From: a virus
Taxonomy: Duplodnaviria; Caudoviricetes
IMG/VR virus record: IMGVR_UViG_3300033489_000027
Span: 1-39,329 of that record
Strand: one strand, 5' to 3'
Length of the DNA: 39,329 bases
Shown: piece after piece, positions 1-9,142 of the stretch
Layout of the letters: the number at the start of each line of letters is the position of its first letter
How positions within the stretch are numbered: the first letter of the stretch is position 1
Notes under the pieces: generated by a model
Databases searched by the model: none
The model's input: only the letters and a program-made list of their open reading frames with translations
Told to the model about the DNA's origin: nothing
Made by a program: the position numbers and the translations under genes

Positions 1-127
1 GAGCGTCTCCCAGCTCGCGAGCAAATGGAACGACCTGGCCATGCCGGTCAACGGCGAGACCAAGAAGCTCGCCTTCGCCCCCGCGTACCCTGACGAGGCG
101 TTCACTGGAGGAGAAAGGCCGATATGA
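1..127 (+). repeat. 127-bp exact copy of 37996-38122 (circular join / assembly overlap)
   Basis: Base-by-base identity from gagcgtctcc to ...ggccgatatga; the copies diverge at 128/38123. Confidence 0.95.
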
Positions 128-432
128 AAGACGCGCGCAACCTGAAGCCGGGAGACAAGGTCTACTCGACCGCGAAATTCCTGACTCGCGGGATTGTCGA
201 GAAGGTTTTTTCACGCCACGTTGCCGATGCCATTGGCGATTGGATAGTTATAGAAACCGAGTACGGAGTGAATGACTACCTGGGTCCCAACGACTGGTAC
301 CTAACTATTCAGGACGCCGAGCGTCGAGCTCTGGATCTAGTACACCTGCGGTTGCAATCCCTGTCGAAGCAGCGCCGCAAACTAGAGGTACTACGAGACG
401 GCCTACTTCGCAGCACTGGAGACGGAAAATGA
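124..432 (+). CDS. hypothetical protein (replication-module cassette, allele A)
   Basis: GGAGGAG RBS; ATGA overlap with the initiator stop and with the next gene. Confidence 0.75.
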   Translation: MKDARNLKPGDKVYSTAKFLTRGIVEKVFSRHVADAIGDWIVIETEYGVNDYLGPNDWYLTIQDAERRALDLVHLRLQSLSKQRRKLEVLRDGLLRSTGDGK

Positions 433-785
433 GAAAGCTCAAGATCTCCCCTGGCGACCGGTTTGGACTCTGGACCATCATCCGAGAAGTCGCCCCAGTG
501 TTATATGGGTATGGGTCCGGTCATAAGGAGCGAGCATTCCGTGTACACTGTGAACGGTGTGGAAAAAGGTTCTTTCGGCAACTCAAGTCGCTGCGATCTG
601 GGAGTAAAGGTTGCTGGAGGTGCCGTGTCAATCGCGCGACAATCCGGCTGAATGGATTGGTGATGCTGTTATCTGAGGTGTTGAAGCAGCACTGCATAAC
701 CCGCGCCTGCTACGATCAACGTCGGCACCGTGGGTGGTCCCAGCTGTATGCCGCCACAACCCCAATGCAGCGGAGATCGCGATGA
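429..785 (+). CDS. HNH-homing-endonuclease-associated Zn-binding protein with no visible HNH core
   Basis: GDRFGLWTII...CERCG...LRSGSKGCWRC N-terminal motif and NG..LSE...RGW...ATTP C-terminal motif, both typical of phage HNH endonuclease flanks. Confidence 0.55.
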   Translation: MRKLKISPGDRFGLWTIIREVAPVLYGYGSGHKERAFRVHCERCGKRFFRQLKSLRSGSKGCWRCRVNRATIRLNGLVMLLSEVLKQHCITRACYDQRRHRGWSQLYAATTPMQRRSR

Positions 786-1498
786 CGCCCATCCACACCC
801 CGATTCGCGACATCGTCCCGGCTCACATCCGGGCGCAGGTTGAGGCGCACAGACTCCGATACGAGTCCGATCAGGACTACAGGGAGAAGTGCGAGCAGGA
901 ATGGGCCGCGGACTGGGAGGCGCAGCGGGAAGCGGCCGAGGCGAAGCTGCGTGAGGATCGGGCTCGCGCGTTTGTGCTCGAGACAGCGAACCGGCTCCTG
1001 GAGTCGCGGATCCCAAAGGCGCCCGCCGACCACCTGAGTGACCACTTCGAGACCGACGCGCTTAAGGTCGCGCTCGAGTTCTCGAAGCAGGACGACAAGA
1101 CGATCCTGATCCTCGGAGGAAGCAAAGGGGTTGGGAAGACGGTCGCATGTTGTGTCGCTGCGTGGCAGATTCCCGGATCGGTTCGGTTCGTGCTTGGGAT
1201 GGATCTCGTTCGCCATGGCACCTACGACACGGAATTCTGGGCCGACCTCGAGAACACCAATGCGCTCGTGGTGGATGAGTTGGGAGCCGAGCCGCTTGAC
1301 GAGAAGGGGTGGGCGCTCGCGAACATCCTGGACCTGCTACACCGCCGGTCGTTATGGCGGCGGAAGACCTGGATCACCCTCAACCTACCGATCGAACCGT
1401 TCTTCGCGCGGTATGGAACCGATGGTGAACGACTCCGGGACAAACTCCGCGAGTGCGGTAGGTACGTCGAGGTGAAAGGGAAATCCCTGAGGAGGTAG
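782..1498 (+). CDS. DnaC/IstB-like AAA+ ATPase (helicase loader), allele A
   Basis: Walker A GSKGVGKT, Walker B LVVDE, TWITLN and G.RL.D.L.E motifs, C-terminal GKSLRR; lies downstream of the initiator. Confidence 0.85.
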   Translation: MTPIHTPIRDIVPAHIRAQVEAHRLRYESDQDYREKCEQEWAADWEAQREAAEAKLREDRARAFVLETANRLLESRIPKAPADHLSDHFETDALKVALEFSKQDDKTILILGGSKGVGKTVACCVAAWQIPGSVRFVLGMDLVRHGTYDTEFWADLENTNALVVDELGAEPLDEKGWALANILDLLHRRSLWRRKTWITLNLPIEPFFARYGTDGERLRDKLRECGRYVEVKGKSLRR

Positions 1499-1499
1499 T

Positions 1500-1709
1500 A
1501 TGCGCGAGGTCATCCATATGCAGCCTAGGACCGACTGGCTCCCAACGCACGCCCTGGCCGGCTCGATCTGGCTTGGCCCTCTCGGCGAGTCGGTCAGGGT
1601 AGAGCTCGACGGCTCGCTCACGGACCTGCGCGCGGGGACTTGCGGGCGGCCGGAGATAATTTCGCTCCCTTTCGGTCCTTCCGGTGACGAAAACGGCTGC
1701 ACGACCTGA
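1500..1709 (+). CDS. hypothetical protein
   Basis: Follows dnaC-like gene; copy at 39097-39306 differs mostly by synonymous changes. Confidence 0.65.
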   Translation: MREVIHMQPRTDWLPTHALAGSIWLGPLGESVRVELDGSLTDLRAGTCGRPEIISLPFGPSGDENGCTT

Positions 1710-2046
1710 CATCCCCGCTACGGAGTGCGACCCCGCGGACAATCCGGGTCCGGCCGCAGTCACAGACACAGACCCATAGCGTGCCGCCGTACCACACTTT
1801 TTCGTCGCTACGGGCAATCACGCGGAGTAAACCGTACCGCTTCCCGATCTCGTTTTTGTAGTCGTGGGGCCTCCGTTTTTTCTGGGCGCGCTTGAGTTTC
1901 GCGCGCCGCTCCGCGAGCCATCCTACCTCCTCACGCCGTATCGCGTCGTCGAGGTCCTGCCGGCGCGAGATGTCTCTGCACAGGAGCCGGTCATGGATCG
2001 CACCCCAATCGCTCTCAACGTATGCATCGACCGGGCCAAGCATCAT
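1618..2046 (-). CDS. hypothetical protein with C-terminal HNH-associated Zn ribbon
   Basis: IGKRYGLLRVI...WVCVCDCG...LRSGDVRSC motif; ATGA coupling to the upstream gene. Confidence 0.6.
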   Translation of the reverse strand: MMLGPVDAYVESDWGAIHDRLLCRDISRRQDLDDAIRREEVGWLAERRAKLKRAQKKRRPHDYKNEIGKRYGLLRVIARSDEKVWYGGTLWVCVCDCGRTRIVRGVALRSGDVRSCSRFRHRKDRKGAKLSPAARKSPRAGP

Positions 2047-2240
2047 AGCCCCCGCACGCAGTCGACCCACAGCGCCGCCGTGGTCGAAAGTTGACGTATG
2101 GAGTCCATATTCCTCTGTGCGCGGTCCTCGGCGATGTCCCGGCGCAGCTGCGCGAGCAGGTCGCGGATGTGTGCGGCCTGGGTAGAGATCGTCGCTAGGC
2201 GGGGGTCCTGGTAGGTTTGAGGGGGTGTTGTGTGTGGCAT
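2043..2240 (-). CDS. hypothetical protein
   Basis: GAAAGG RBS, helical composition, coupled to the next gene. Confidence 0.5.
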   Translation of the reverse strand: MPHTTPPQTYQDPRLATISTQAAHIRDLLAQLRRDIAEDRAQRNMDSIRQLSTTAALWVDCVRGL

Positions 2241-2266
2241 GGGGTGCCTTTCGGATGGGTGTTGTA

Positions 2267-2494
2267 CTACCATGTGATTTCGACTATTTCGGGGAGTCCA
2301 GGCGCTCGACCACCATGTACCCATTTGCCGTCGATCGAGTCGATGTAGGTCCCATCATCTAACAGGAATCCTCGAGGAGGGTTACCGCGCTCCCCTAGGT
2401 ACAACTCTACGACTGAGTAGGTTTTCCCGCCGAACGAAATCGACTCCACTATCTCTGTTTCGGGAAATAACGTTCCTTGGATTGTTGTTACCAT
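2267..2494 (-). CDS. hypothetical protein
   Basis: AGGAGACGCCATG start context. Confidence 0.65.
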   Translation of the reverse strand: MVTTIQGTLFPETEIVESISFGGKTYSVVELYLGERGNPPRGFLLDDGTYIDSIDGKWVHGGRAPGLPEIVEITW

Positions 2495-2563
2495 GGCGTC
2501 TCCTGGGGTTGGTCCTGCGTTCGGGGCGGGCCTGGAGCGTCCAGGCTCACCCTGAGGGCGGGA

Positions 2564-2818
2564 CTACTCCGTCGCCTCATATCGTGCCATTAACTGGCGA
2601 AGATGTATGCGCGCGGCCCGCTGCTCGGGGGTATATTTTCGGGTACTGCACTTCCCGAGCCGCAGAGGCTCGTACTTGTCGACCGCAGCCTGCCACTCGA
2701 TCCAGGCGTTGCGCTTGGCTGTTGTGGGGAGAGCGTTGATCCAATATGCCTCCTCAAGGAGCCTCTCAGGGATCGTGGTCGTCATCTCGTTATCCGGGTT
2801 GGTTGTCGTGCGCTTCAT
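2564..2818 (-). CDS. hypothetical protein (probably leaderless start)
   Basis: ATG lies 6 nt downstream of a consensus-like -10 box. Confidence 0.6.
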   Translation of the reverse strand: MKRTTTNPDNEMTTTIPERLLEEAYWINALPTTAKRNAWIEWQAAVDKYEPLRLGKCSTRKYTPEQRAARIHLRQLMARYEATE

Positions 2819-2824
2819 GATTCG

Positions 2825-2853
2825 AGTATCGCCCGAACCCAGAATGCTGTCAA
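2825..2853 (-). promoter_or_regulatory. sigma70-type promoter TTGACA-N17-GATACT
   Basis: Perfect -35, 17-bp spacer, -10 identical to the lambda PL -10 hexamer; intergenic. Confidence 0.65.
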
Positions 2854-2903
2854 GTGGCAGCACCCCAAAGAGACCTACACGGGTATTTTGACTTGTCAGC
2901 TCG

Positions 2904-3278
2904 TCACATCCCGTCCGGATACCGACCCGGGATCGGTAGCGGCTCGTGGGCGTCTTCCCAGGCCGAGGAGCCACCATATCGAGTCGGCACAGCGAAACCA
3001 ATAGCCGAGAGAGCATCCCGCGTGTTGTCCACGGTCTGGACTTTGCGGCCTTTCCAGAGTCGGTGCCACATTGCCTGTTCAGGCCGGAGCTTCTCCCCAG
3101 GACGCTTGATCTCGATCAAGAAGTCCGAGCCACGGAATCCCACGAGGTAGTCAGGGGCCCCGCGCTGATGTCTGTCCCCTGCCGGATCAATTCGCAGCAC
3201 GCTCGCGCCGATTTGGCGCCATGCGGCGACGATCTCTTTGTTGCCTTGGTCTTGCCTGGCGGGACGGTTGCGTCTCAT
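2904..3278 (-). CDS. VRR-NUC-like PD-(D/E)xK nuclease (putative Holliday junction resolvase)
   Basis: GAPDYLVG...LIEIKRPGEKLRPEQ..W motif. Confidence 0.75.
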   Translation of the reverse strand: MRRNRPARQDQGNKEIVAAWRQIGASVLRIDPAGDRHQRGAPDYLVGFRGSDFLIEIKRPGEKLRPEQAMWHRLWKGRKVQTVDNTRDALSAIGFAVPTRYGGSSAWEDAHEPLPIPGRYPDGM

Positions 3279-3457
3279 GATTTGGTCGTCCCCACCGGTA
3301 CCGCATGCATAACCCAGTCTCGACCGCGAGCGTCCTTGAGGAAGAACTTGTATTCCCACTCCCGGTCCCAACAAGCACAACGCTCAGCCAAGAGCCGCGT
3401 ACACTCGGCACCTAGGGCTCTTTCCATCCTGACCTTGAACGGCGCGCCGTCTATCAT
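3275..3457 (-). CDS. hypothetical protein
   Basis: GGAGG RBS, ATGA overlaps at both ends. Confidence 0.55.
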   Translation of the reverse strand: MIDGAPFKVRMERALGAECTRLLAERCACWDREWEYKFFLKDARGRDWVMHAVPVGTTKS

Positions 3458-3615
3458 GGTTTGTCCTCCGGCCCCTCAATCGAGTTCCGCAGCAACCGCG
3501 CGTCCTTGATCCGGCGTTGACGTTGCGCCTCATCGGACAACTCCAGCGCCCATCCCAAAAGTAGACCGAGGCACCAACAGCCAACGATCGCAGCTATCAC
3601 CAATAGAACGCTCAT
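3454..3615 (-). CDS. small membrane protein (53 aa, not in ORF track)
   Basis: MSVLLVIAAIVGCWCLGLLLGWAL hydrophobic N-terminus; ATGA overlaps at both ends. Confidence 0.55.
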   Translation of the reverse strand: MSVLLVIAAIVGCWCLGLLLGWALELSDEAQRQRRIKDARLLRNSIEGPEDKP

Positions 3616-4064
3616 TTCGTCCTCATCTGGAATCGCTTGTACAGCTCACGGAACTCTTTGGTGTCTTCCAAACCACTAGCGTGGTGGAGGAGCTCATGCG
3701 CCAGCGCGGCCCAACTATAGAGCTCGATCCATGCGTGATCCCAGCCTTTCCTGGTCGAGTGGTAGACGCCGGCTGCGATTCCTCCGGTCGGAAGTGGGAT
3801 TGGGTCCTGACGCATAACCAGTACCACCGGTTCCATCCGGTGGCCAATGAACGCGGTAATTTGATCTTCCACGCGGCATACATGCACTATGTCGGACAGA
3901 TAAGGCCAATCCGGTTTATGTTTATGGTATCCTATTCTGCTCGGTTCAAAGCCAATATCCATACTAGGCGCCGCCTTCTTCCGCTTCGCGCGCTTGATGT
4001 CCCAGGCGACGGCCGCTGCGAGGAACACGAGAATGATGGCGATTGATAGATGGATCTCGGTCAT
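3612..4064 (-). CDS. membrane-anchored protein with HExxH metallopeptidase-like motif
   Basis: N-terminal hydrophobic helix followed by KRAKRKK; ALAHELLHH near the C-terminus. Confidence 0.6.
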   Translation of the reverse strand: MTEIHLSIAIILVFLAAAVAWDIKRAKRKKAAPSMDIGFEPSRIGYHKHKPDWPYLSDIVHVCRVEDQITAFIGHRMEPVVLVMRQDPIPLPTGGIAAGVYHSTRKGWDHAWIELYSWAALAHELLHHASGLEDTKEFRELYKRFQMRTK

Positions 4065-4720
4065 GGCGTCAAACTCACATGCGGTGAATATGGGACCGGT
4101 AGCAGATTGGCTGGGAGATAGAGTGGGTGCGAAGGTGATCCATCCTTCGTCTTGCGGAGGCAGTAGAGGTCGCCTATCGGTCGAAGTAGCCGGCGAACAT
4201 CATTGGAACGGCAGAATAGCCTTCCTTGGACGCCCCAAGCCGCGATGATCTTTCCACCACTCGCGACCGTCTCTGTTGCCATATCGACAAGGGCTGTATC
4301 GTTTTCTGGGGTTAGGACCACTCCACCGTTTATGAGAGCGATCGGGTCGGTTGAAACAAGATCGAACAGGTTGCCAACATAGAGCCCACTGTATCCCCAC
4401 CGCTTTGCGTAGCCTATACACCGGGTGACAGTCGGATCGTTGTCGGTCGCGCCCGCACTGCTTGGGTTCAGCATGACGAACATGCACAAAGGACTTTCGC
4501 CAGCGAGAGGCCGATATAGTTTGCGTCGGTAACGGCCGGCTTCGTCGAAGTCGGCGAATGGTAGTGGGGAGCTCCGCCCTCCCCTGCCGGCTTGTGTACC
4601 GGGGCCTACCGTAGTGCCGCTCTCCCGACAATAACCAGCGAGCGGCGGGGCCGGTCGGAGACTACAGCGGAGGAAAGAAGCTGAAAACTCCGCATTTTCC
4701 CGTTGTCGGGTCCGGGTCAT
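4061..4720 (-). CDS. DUF1643-family protein
   Basis: YR..L.R...CMFVMLNPSSA...DPTVTRC..YAKRWGY...VGNLF...AAWG...HPLY signature; exact start uncertain. Confidence 0.8.
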   Translation of the reverse strand: MTRTRQRENAEFSASFLRCSLRPAPPLAGYCRESGTTVGPGTQAGRGGRSSPLPFADFDEAGRYRRKLYRPLAGESPLCMFVMLNPSSAGATDNDPTVTRCIGYAKRWGYSGLYVGNLFDLVSTDPIALINGGVVLTPENDTALVDMATETVASGGKIIAAWGVQGRLFCRSNDVRRLLRPIGDLYCLRKTKDGSPSHPLYLPANLLPVPYSPHVSLTP

Positions 4721-4917
4721 GTTTTCCTTCTCCTACGGTTCTTCTCTCGGTTCCAATGTCCGGCGTCGAGGAACAGCCGGTGTCGCCCTGGTCCGATCCG
4801 CCGCTCTCGGTACCACCAAGATCCGCATCCGCAATGGCAGTAGACGCGCACGGCCGCCGCGCCGAGCATATCCATCTGCTGGTCTGCGCGTTGGATCTGG
4901 ATCGCCTCGAGGTCCAT
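4717..4917 (-). CDS. hypothetical protein with CxCxC motif
   Basis: GAGG RBS; YCHCGCG; operon position. Confidence 0.55.
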   Translation of the reverse strand: MDLEAIQIQRADQQMDMLGAAAVRVYCHCGCGSWWYRERRIGPGRHRLFLDAGHWNREKNRRRRKT

Positions 4918-4920
4918 GCG

Positions 4921-5130
4921 CTACCTCGTAGACCACCATGACCCTGCGGGGACTTCCCAGTTCGTGGCCTCCTCGATGAGAAATGCTCGGCGCCCAGACG
5001 GGACTCGGACACCATGAAGATATCGACAGACTGTTCCGGGCTTCGCGCCTATAGCGCGCTCTAGGGCTCGCTGCGATTCTTTGTGCCTCTTGAGATATCT
5101 GGCCAGCAATTTCGGTCCTCTTGGGTCCAT
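4921..5130 (-). CDS. Cro-like XRE helix-turn-helix regulator (69 aa)
   Basis: SQRALERAIGAKPGTVCRYLHGVRVP...IEEATNWEV..SW pattern; sits at the divergent promoter region. Confidence 0.75.
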   Translation of the reverse strand: MDPRGPKLLARYLKRHKESQRALERAIGAKPGTVCRYLHGVRVPSGRRAFLIEEATNWEVPAGSWWSTR

Positions 5131-5137
5131 GCGCTGT

Positions 5138-5166
5138 AATATGATAGCACTGATCGCAGATGTCAA
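5138..5166 (-). promoter_or_regulatory. leftward promoter TTGACA-N17-CATATT, 7 nt before the HTH ATG
   Basis: Perfect -35 and 17-bp spacer; no Shine-Dalgarno between -10 and ATG. Confidence 0.6.
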
Positions 5167-5189
5167 GCGTGAACATTCAAAGGTGCCCC

Positions 5190-5219
5190 TTGACAAGCGC
5201 CGCTGCGCTATGGTAGCGT
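5190..5219 (+). promoter_or_regulatory. rightward early promoter TTGACA-N18-TAGCGT with extended -10 TG
   Basis: Back-to-back with the leftward promoter at the strand switch. Confidence 0.55.
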
Positions 5220-5258
5220 CTGACGAAGATGGAGTTGATCCCACGAGGGAACCTAAAA

Positions 5259-6091
<833 letters not shown>

Positions 6092-6098
<7 letters not shown>

Positions 6099-6457
6099 CC
6101 CGCGCATTCGACCCCTCGTACAAGGACCGGGACCTTCGCGGCTCCGGGTACTACGCGGACGGGGCTGCCCGGATGGCGGAACTTGACCGGTTGATCGCTG
6201 CGGGCTGGGGCGAAACCGAGCCGAGGGAGATCATCAGCGGCCACAAGAAAACGACTACGAAGCACAACGCCCGCGGGAAATGGAACACGGAGCGGATCAT
6301 CAAGGCGTTGTCGGATCGGATGCGCGCCGGGAAACCGTGCCGGGCCCTGGACCTGATCCGGGACGGACAGAGCGGACTCAGAATCGCAATCAGGCGGTAC
6401 ATTGGATGGAAGCGCGCCTTCGAGATGGCGCGAGAAAGAGTGGGGGGTAGGTCATGA
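6092..6457 (+). CDS. putative DNA-binding protein with homing-endonuclease-associated helical repeat
   Basis: KWNTERIIKAL...L..AIRRYIGWKRAFEMA pattern. Confidence 0.5.
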
Positions 6458-6732
6458 GCGCTCACGAAAGCGAATCATGGGAGGCGGTAGGTCGAACGGT
6501 TAGGACCACAATGACCTCAGAGGATCGCGAGGGTATCGAGGTCGCCACGGTAGCACTCTGGCATGGCGGAGAAATCGCCTCTCGCCGAGCCCGCCTAATC
6601 GCCGCTGCGCCGGATCTGCTCGCGGCGCTGAAGGGCATCCTGGCAGTCGCCTCAGTCCGGATCGACGACCCACGGATCGAAAAGTGGATCGCGGCGGACA
6701 AAGCGATCGCGAAGGCGGAGGGCGAGTCATGA
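6454..6732 (+). CDS. conserved phage hypothetical protein
   Basis: ARLIAAAPDLLAAL...AIAKAEG motif, widespread in phage early genes. Confidence 0.75.
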   Translation: MSAHESESWEAVGRTVRTTMTSEDREGIEVATVALWHGGEIASRRARLIAAAPDLLAALKGILAVASVRIDDPRIEKWIAADKAIAKAEGES

Positions 6733-7595
6733 CCACGCGCGCCTATAAGGTATTCACAGACCGTTTATGTAGCCCCCTCCAAGGCGGGCCACCCGTGTGG
6801 GACGGATCTCTGCCGTACACGCTCCACGGAGTGGCGGTGGACACCTCCGATGCCGAATGTGGGAGTGGGTGGAATGCCTGCCCGACATTGGCGGGGGCGC
6901 TGCGGATTGCCGGGCTCTGGCCGGACGGGTATCCGTCCAGGGCGTTCGTCGTTGAGACTGATGGTGTAGTGATCTCGCGGGTCGACAAGGTGCGTGCAGC
7001 TACCTGGGACATCGTCGCCGAGTGTACACAGGAGGAGATCGCGTCGGCGGTGCGCGTGCTATCGGAGCCGTTCGGCGCGCACGCCGACTCGATGGCCACC
7101 GCGCAAAGGGATTGGCGCCGCGCGTTGGTGCGGCCCGGGCGGGATCCGGACGCGATCGAGTCCGGACTGCGCAGAGCGCTCGACGCGCGTGGACTGCGGT
7201 GGTCTCTTCGACGATTTGACTCCGCCAGGGCTGCCTGGGCTGCCAGGGATGCCTGGGATGCCAGGGATGCCAGGGATGCCTGGGCTGCCAGGGATGCCTG
7301 GGATGCCTGGGCTGCCAGGGCTGCCAGGGATGCCTGGGCTGCCTGGGCTGCCAGGGATGCCTGGGCTGCCAGGGATGCCTGGGCTGCCTGGGCTGCCAGG
7401 GATGCCAGGGATGCCTGGGCTGCCAGGGCTGCCAGGGATGCCTTGACTGTCCGGTATGCCGCCATGCTGGGTTGGACGCGCGACGATCCGGAGCTATTGA
7501 CTGTCGGGCTGATCGATTCGTACGCCGCTGGTCTCTCGATCGCGATCCCGACCGGGCCGAGCGAGCTGGGCTGGGCGATGGAGCCGGCGCCATGA
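6729..7595 (+). CDS. phage protein with DUF7666-like (tentative) N-terminal domain and A-[R/W]-[A/D] tripeptide repeats
   Basis: AYKVF...CGSGWNAC...RAFVVE...DKVRA..W.IVAE; ATGA overlaps at both ends. Confidence 0.7.
   Translation: MTTRAYKVFTDRLCSPLQGGPPVWDGSLPYTLHGVAVDTSDAECGSGWNACPTLAGALRIAGLWPDGYPSRAFVVETDGVVISRVDKVRAATWDIVAECTQEEIASAVRVLSEPFGAHADSMATAQRDWRRALVRPGRDPDAIESGLRRALDARGLRWSLRRFDSARAAWAARDAWDARDARDAWAARDAWDAWAARAARDAWAAWAARDAWAARDAWAAWAARDARDAWAARAARDALTVRYAAMLGWTRDDPELLTVGLIDSYAAGLSIAIPTGPSELGWAMEPAP
7224..7439 (+). repeat. 24 tandem 9-bp units GCCWGGGMT
   Basis: Counted directly; only positions 4 (A/T) and 8 (A/C) vary. Confidence 0.95.
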
Positions 7596-7996
7596 CCCTC
7601 CGTGAATATTTCGATCTCACTCCCGATGATCTGGAGGACCTGCTCCGCGACCAGGAGCGAGAGCTGGACGAGCTGCGCGCGGAGATCGAGCGCCGCGGAA
7701 GCCCTGCGGGGAACCCTCAAGGGTGCGCGGAGGCGGGGACCTCTCGGCAAGACCCTTGCCCCGCAGGGCCCTTGGAGCACCCGATCGTTTGCGCGCGCTG
7801 CGGCCGAGAGCTGCACTCGCTGGAGCAGATCCGGGCAGCGCTGGAGTTCGCTCCTGGCGAGGCGCTGGAGCGCGGCCGCGCGAAGGGCCGAGTGGATCGC
7901 TACTCCTTCGCGTTCGGCTACCTGACGCAGGCGGTCGCTGAGGCGATCCGGGATCTGTCCTGCCATTCCGGCGCGTGTCATCGGGGGATGCTATGA
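7592..7996 (+). CDS. hypothetical protein (coiled coil plus CxxC)
   Basis: ATGA coupling; CARC motif. Confidence 0.6.
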   Translation: MTLREYFDLTPDDLEDLLRDQERELDELRAEIERRGSPAGNPQGCAEAGTSRQDPCPAGPLEHPIVCARCGRELHSLEQIRAALEFAPGEALERGRAKGRVDRYSFAFGYLTQAVAEAIRDLSCHSGACHRGML

Positions 7997-8088
7997 GCTG
8001 GTTTGACAATTGGTTCATCTGGATCGGAGTCGCGCTGGTTGCGTGGTGTGCCTACGAGTTGCTGATCGACCGGAAGGGGCGATCGTGA
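7993..8088 (+). CDS. 31-aa single-TM peptide (not in ORF track)
   Basis: MSWFDNWFIWIGVALVAWCAYELLIDRKGRS; ATGA/GTGA overlaps at both ends. Confidence 0.55.
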   Translation: MSWFDNWFIWIGVALVAWCAYELLIDRKGRS

Positions 8089-8258
8089 AGATCTTCGTTC
8101 TGCCGGTCCTGCAATGGCGCCAGTTCCTCGCGCAAGTCCTGACCGAGATCACGGCCGAACAGGTGGCCGGTACGGCGCTCGATGTGGACCGGCTCATTCT
8201 GACTCAGGCTCACATTCAGTTCTTGCTGGCTTTCCCCCGCGAAACGGTTCGAGGATAG
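8085..8258 (+). CDS. hypothetical protein
   Basis: AAGGGG RBS, GTGA overlap. Confidence 0.5.
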   Translation: MKIFVLPVLQWRQFLAQVLTEITAEQVAGTALDVDRLILTQAHIQFLLAFPRETVRG

Positions 8259-8268
8259 GAGACACACC

Positions 8269-8685
8269 ATGACGGCAATGTCGAAGGCGGTCAACCTAAT
8301 CAACACCCTATCGAATTGCAGCGCCAAACTGTCGGAGCTCCTTGCCGATACCGACACGAGCGATGTGCCCGGCCGCGATCTGAGACTGATCGATCTCTCG
8401 ATCGGTACCGCAGTCCAGTCGATCAAGATCGGCCTGCGCTGCAACGCTACCGAAGAACGGATCTCGAAGGACGCCGAGCAGCTCGCCGCGATTGCGCTGC
8501 GGAACCTTCATGACCTACAGCGCTGGCTCGCAGGCCACCCGGCTTATGTTTCGCAGACGAGCGACGGACGGGCCAGGGCCGGGAAGCTAGTTGCGGGTAA
8601 GGTGATTCTAGCTGCGGCGGAAGAGGTTGACCGGCTCCTGTCAACGATCGCGCCCAACCGCATAAGGAGAAGTGACCATGTGTAA
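8269..8685 (+). CDS. hypothetical protein
   Basis: AGGAGACACACCATG start. Confidence 0.65.
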   Translation: MTAMSKAVNLINTLSNCSAKLSELLADTDTSDVPGRDLRLIDLSIGTAVQSIKIGLRCNATEERISKDAEQLAAIALRNLHDLQRWLAGHPAYVSQTSDGRARAGKLVAGKVILAAAEEVDRLLSTIAPNRIRRSDHV

Positions 8686-9142
8686 TTTCTTGTCGGCTCT
8701 AGTGCTGCGAAACGGTGATATCGTAGCTGATCCAGAGCACACAGATTCGCACGAAATCTTGATCCAGTCGTTAGGTCTACAGGACACCGGAAACACGATC
8801 GCCGGCCGCTCTTTCGTCCGCGTAGAATTCACTCCACCGGAAGATATCAGTGCGATCCAAGACCTATCGTTGTGGAGGCTTCAAATTGACGAAGAGTCTG
8901 CGCCGGACTGGGTAGATTCAGAGTCAATCCGTGCCAAACTAGAGGATCGCGTCCGTGGCATGTTTGTGTCCACCAATAGGCCTATATTGCTAGGTGGGTG
9001 TTGGATTTTGACTGGGTCAACTGTAGTCGACATAGCTGTATCTGCCCGAATCGTGTCGATGACGGGCTCCTCGCGAGTCGGCGAGATGTGGGGCTCCTCG
9101 CAGGTCGGCACGATGACGGGCTCCTCGTCCAAAGAGAAGTGA
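8678..9142 (+). CDS. phage hypothetical protein ending in short 9-aa repeats
   Basis: MCNFLS...DSHE...FVRVEFTPP...PDW, then MxGSSxVGx repeats; strong RBS. Confidence 0.7.
   Translation: MCNFLSALVLRNGDIVADPEHTDSHEILIQSLGLQDTGNTIAGRSFVRVEFTPPEDISAIQDLSLWRLQIDEESAPDWVDSESIRAKLEDRVRGMFVSTNRPILLGGCWILTGSTVVDIAVSARIVSMTGSSRVGEMWGSSQVGTMTGSSSKEK
9058..9127 (+). repeat. about 2.6 copies of a 27-bp coding repeat
   Basis: gatg(ac/tg)gggctcctcg core recurs at 9058, 9085 and 9112. Confidence 0.8.

Noticed and set aside
1-127. Genuine T7-like direct terminal repeat
   Set aside because: The second copy is internal (37996-38122), starts mid-gene, and its length equals a common assembler k-mer
3106-3119. 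Third TTGAT-N4-ATCAA match
   Set aside because: Lies within the nuclease's LIEIK catalytic codons and is explained by coding; it shows single matches can arise by chance
7224-7439. CRISPR-like array
   Set aside because: Contiguous 9-bp units without unique spacers, inside a CDS, no cas genes
6994-7446. Collagen-like (PG[L/M])n ORF
   Set aside because: Alternative-frame by-product of the stop-free 9-bp repeat; the A-R/W-A/D frame has coupled start and stop and a recognisable N-terminal domain
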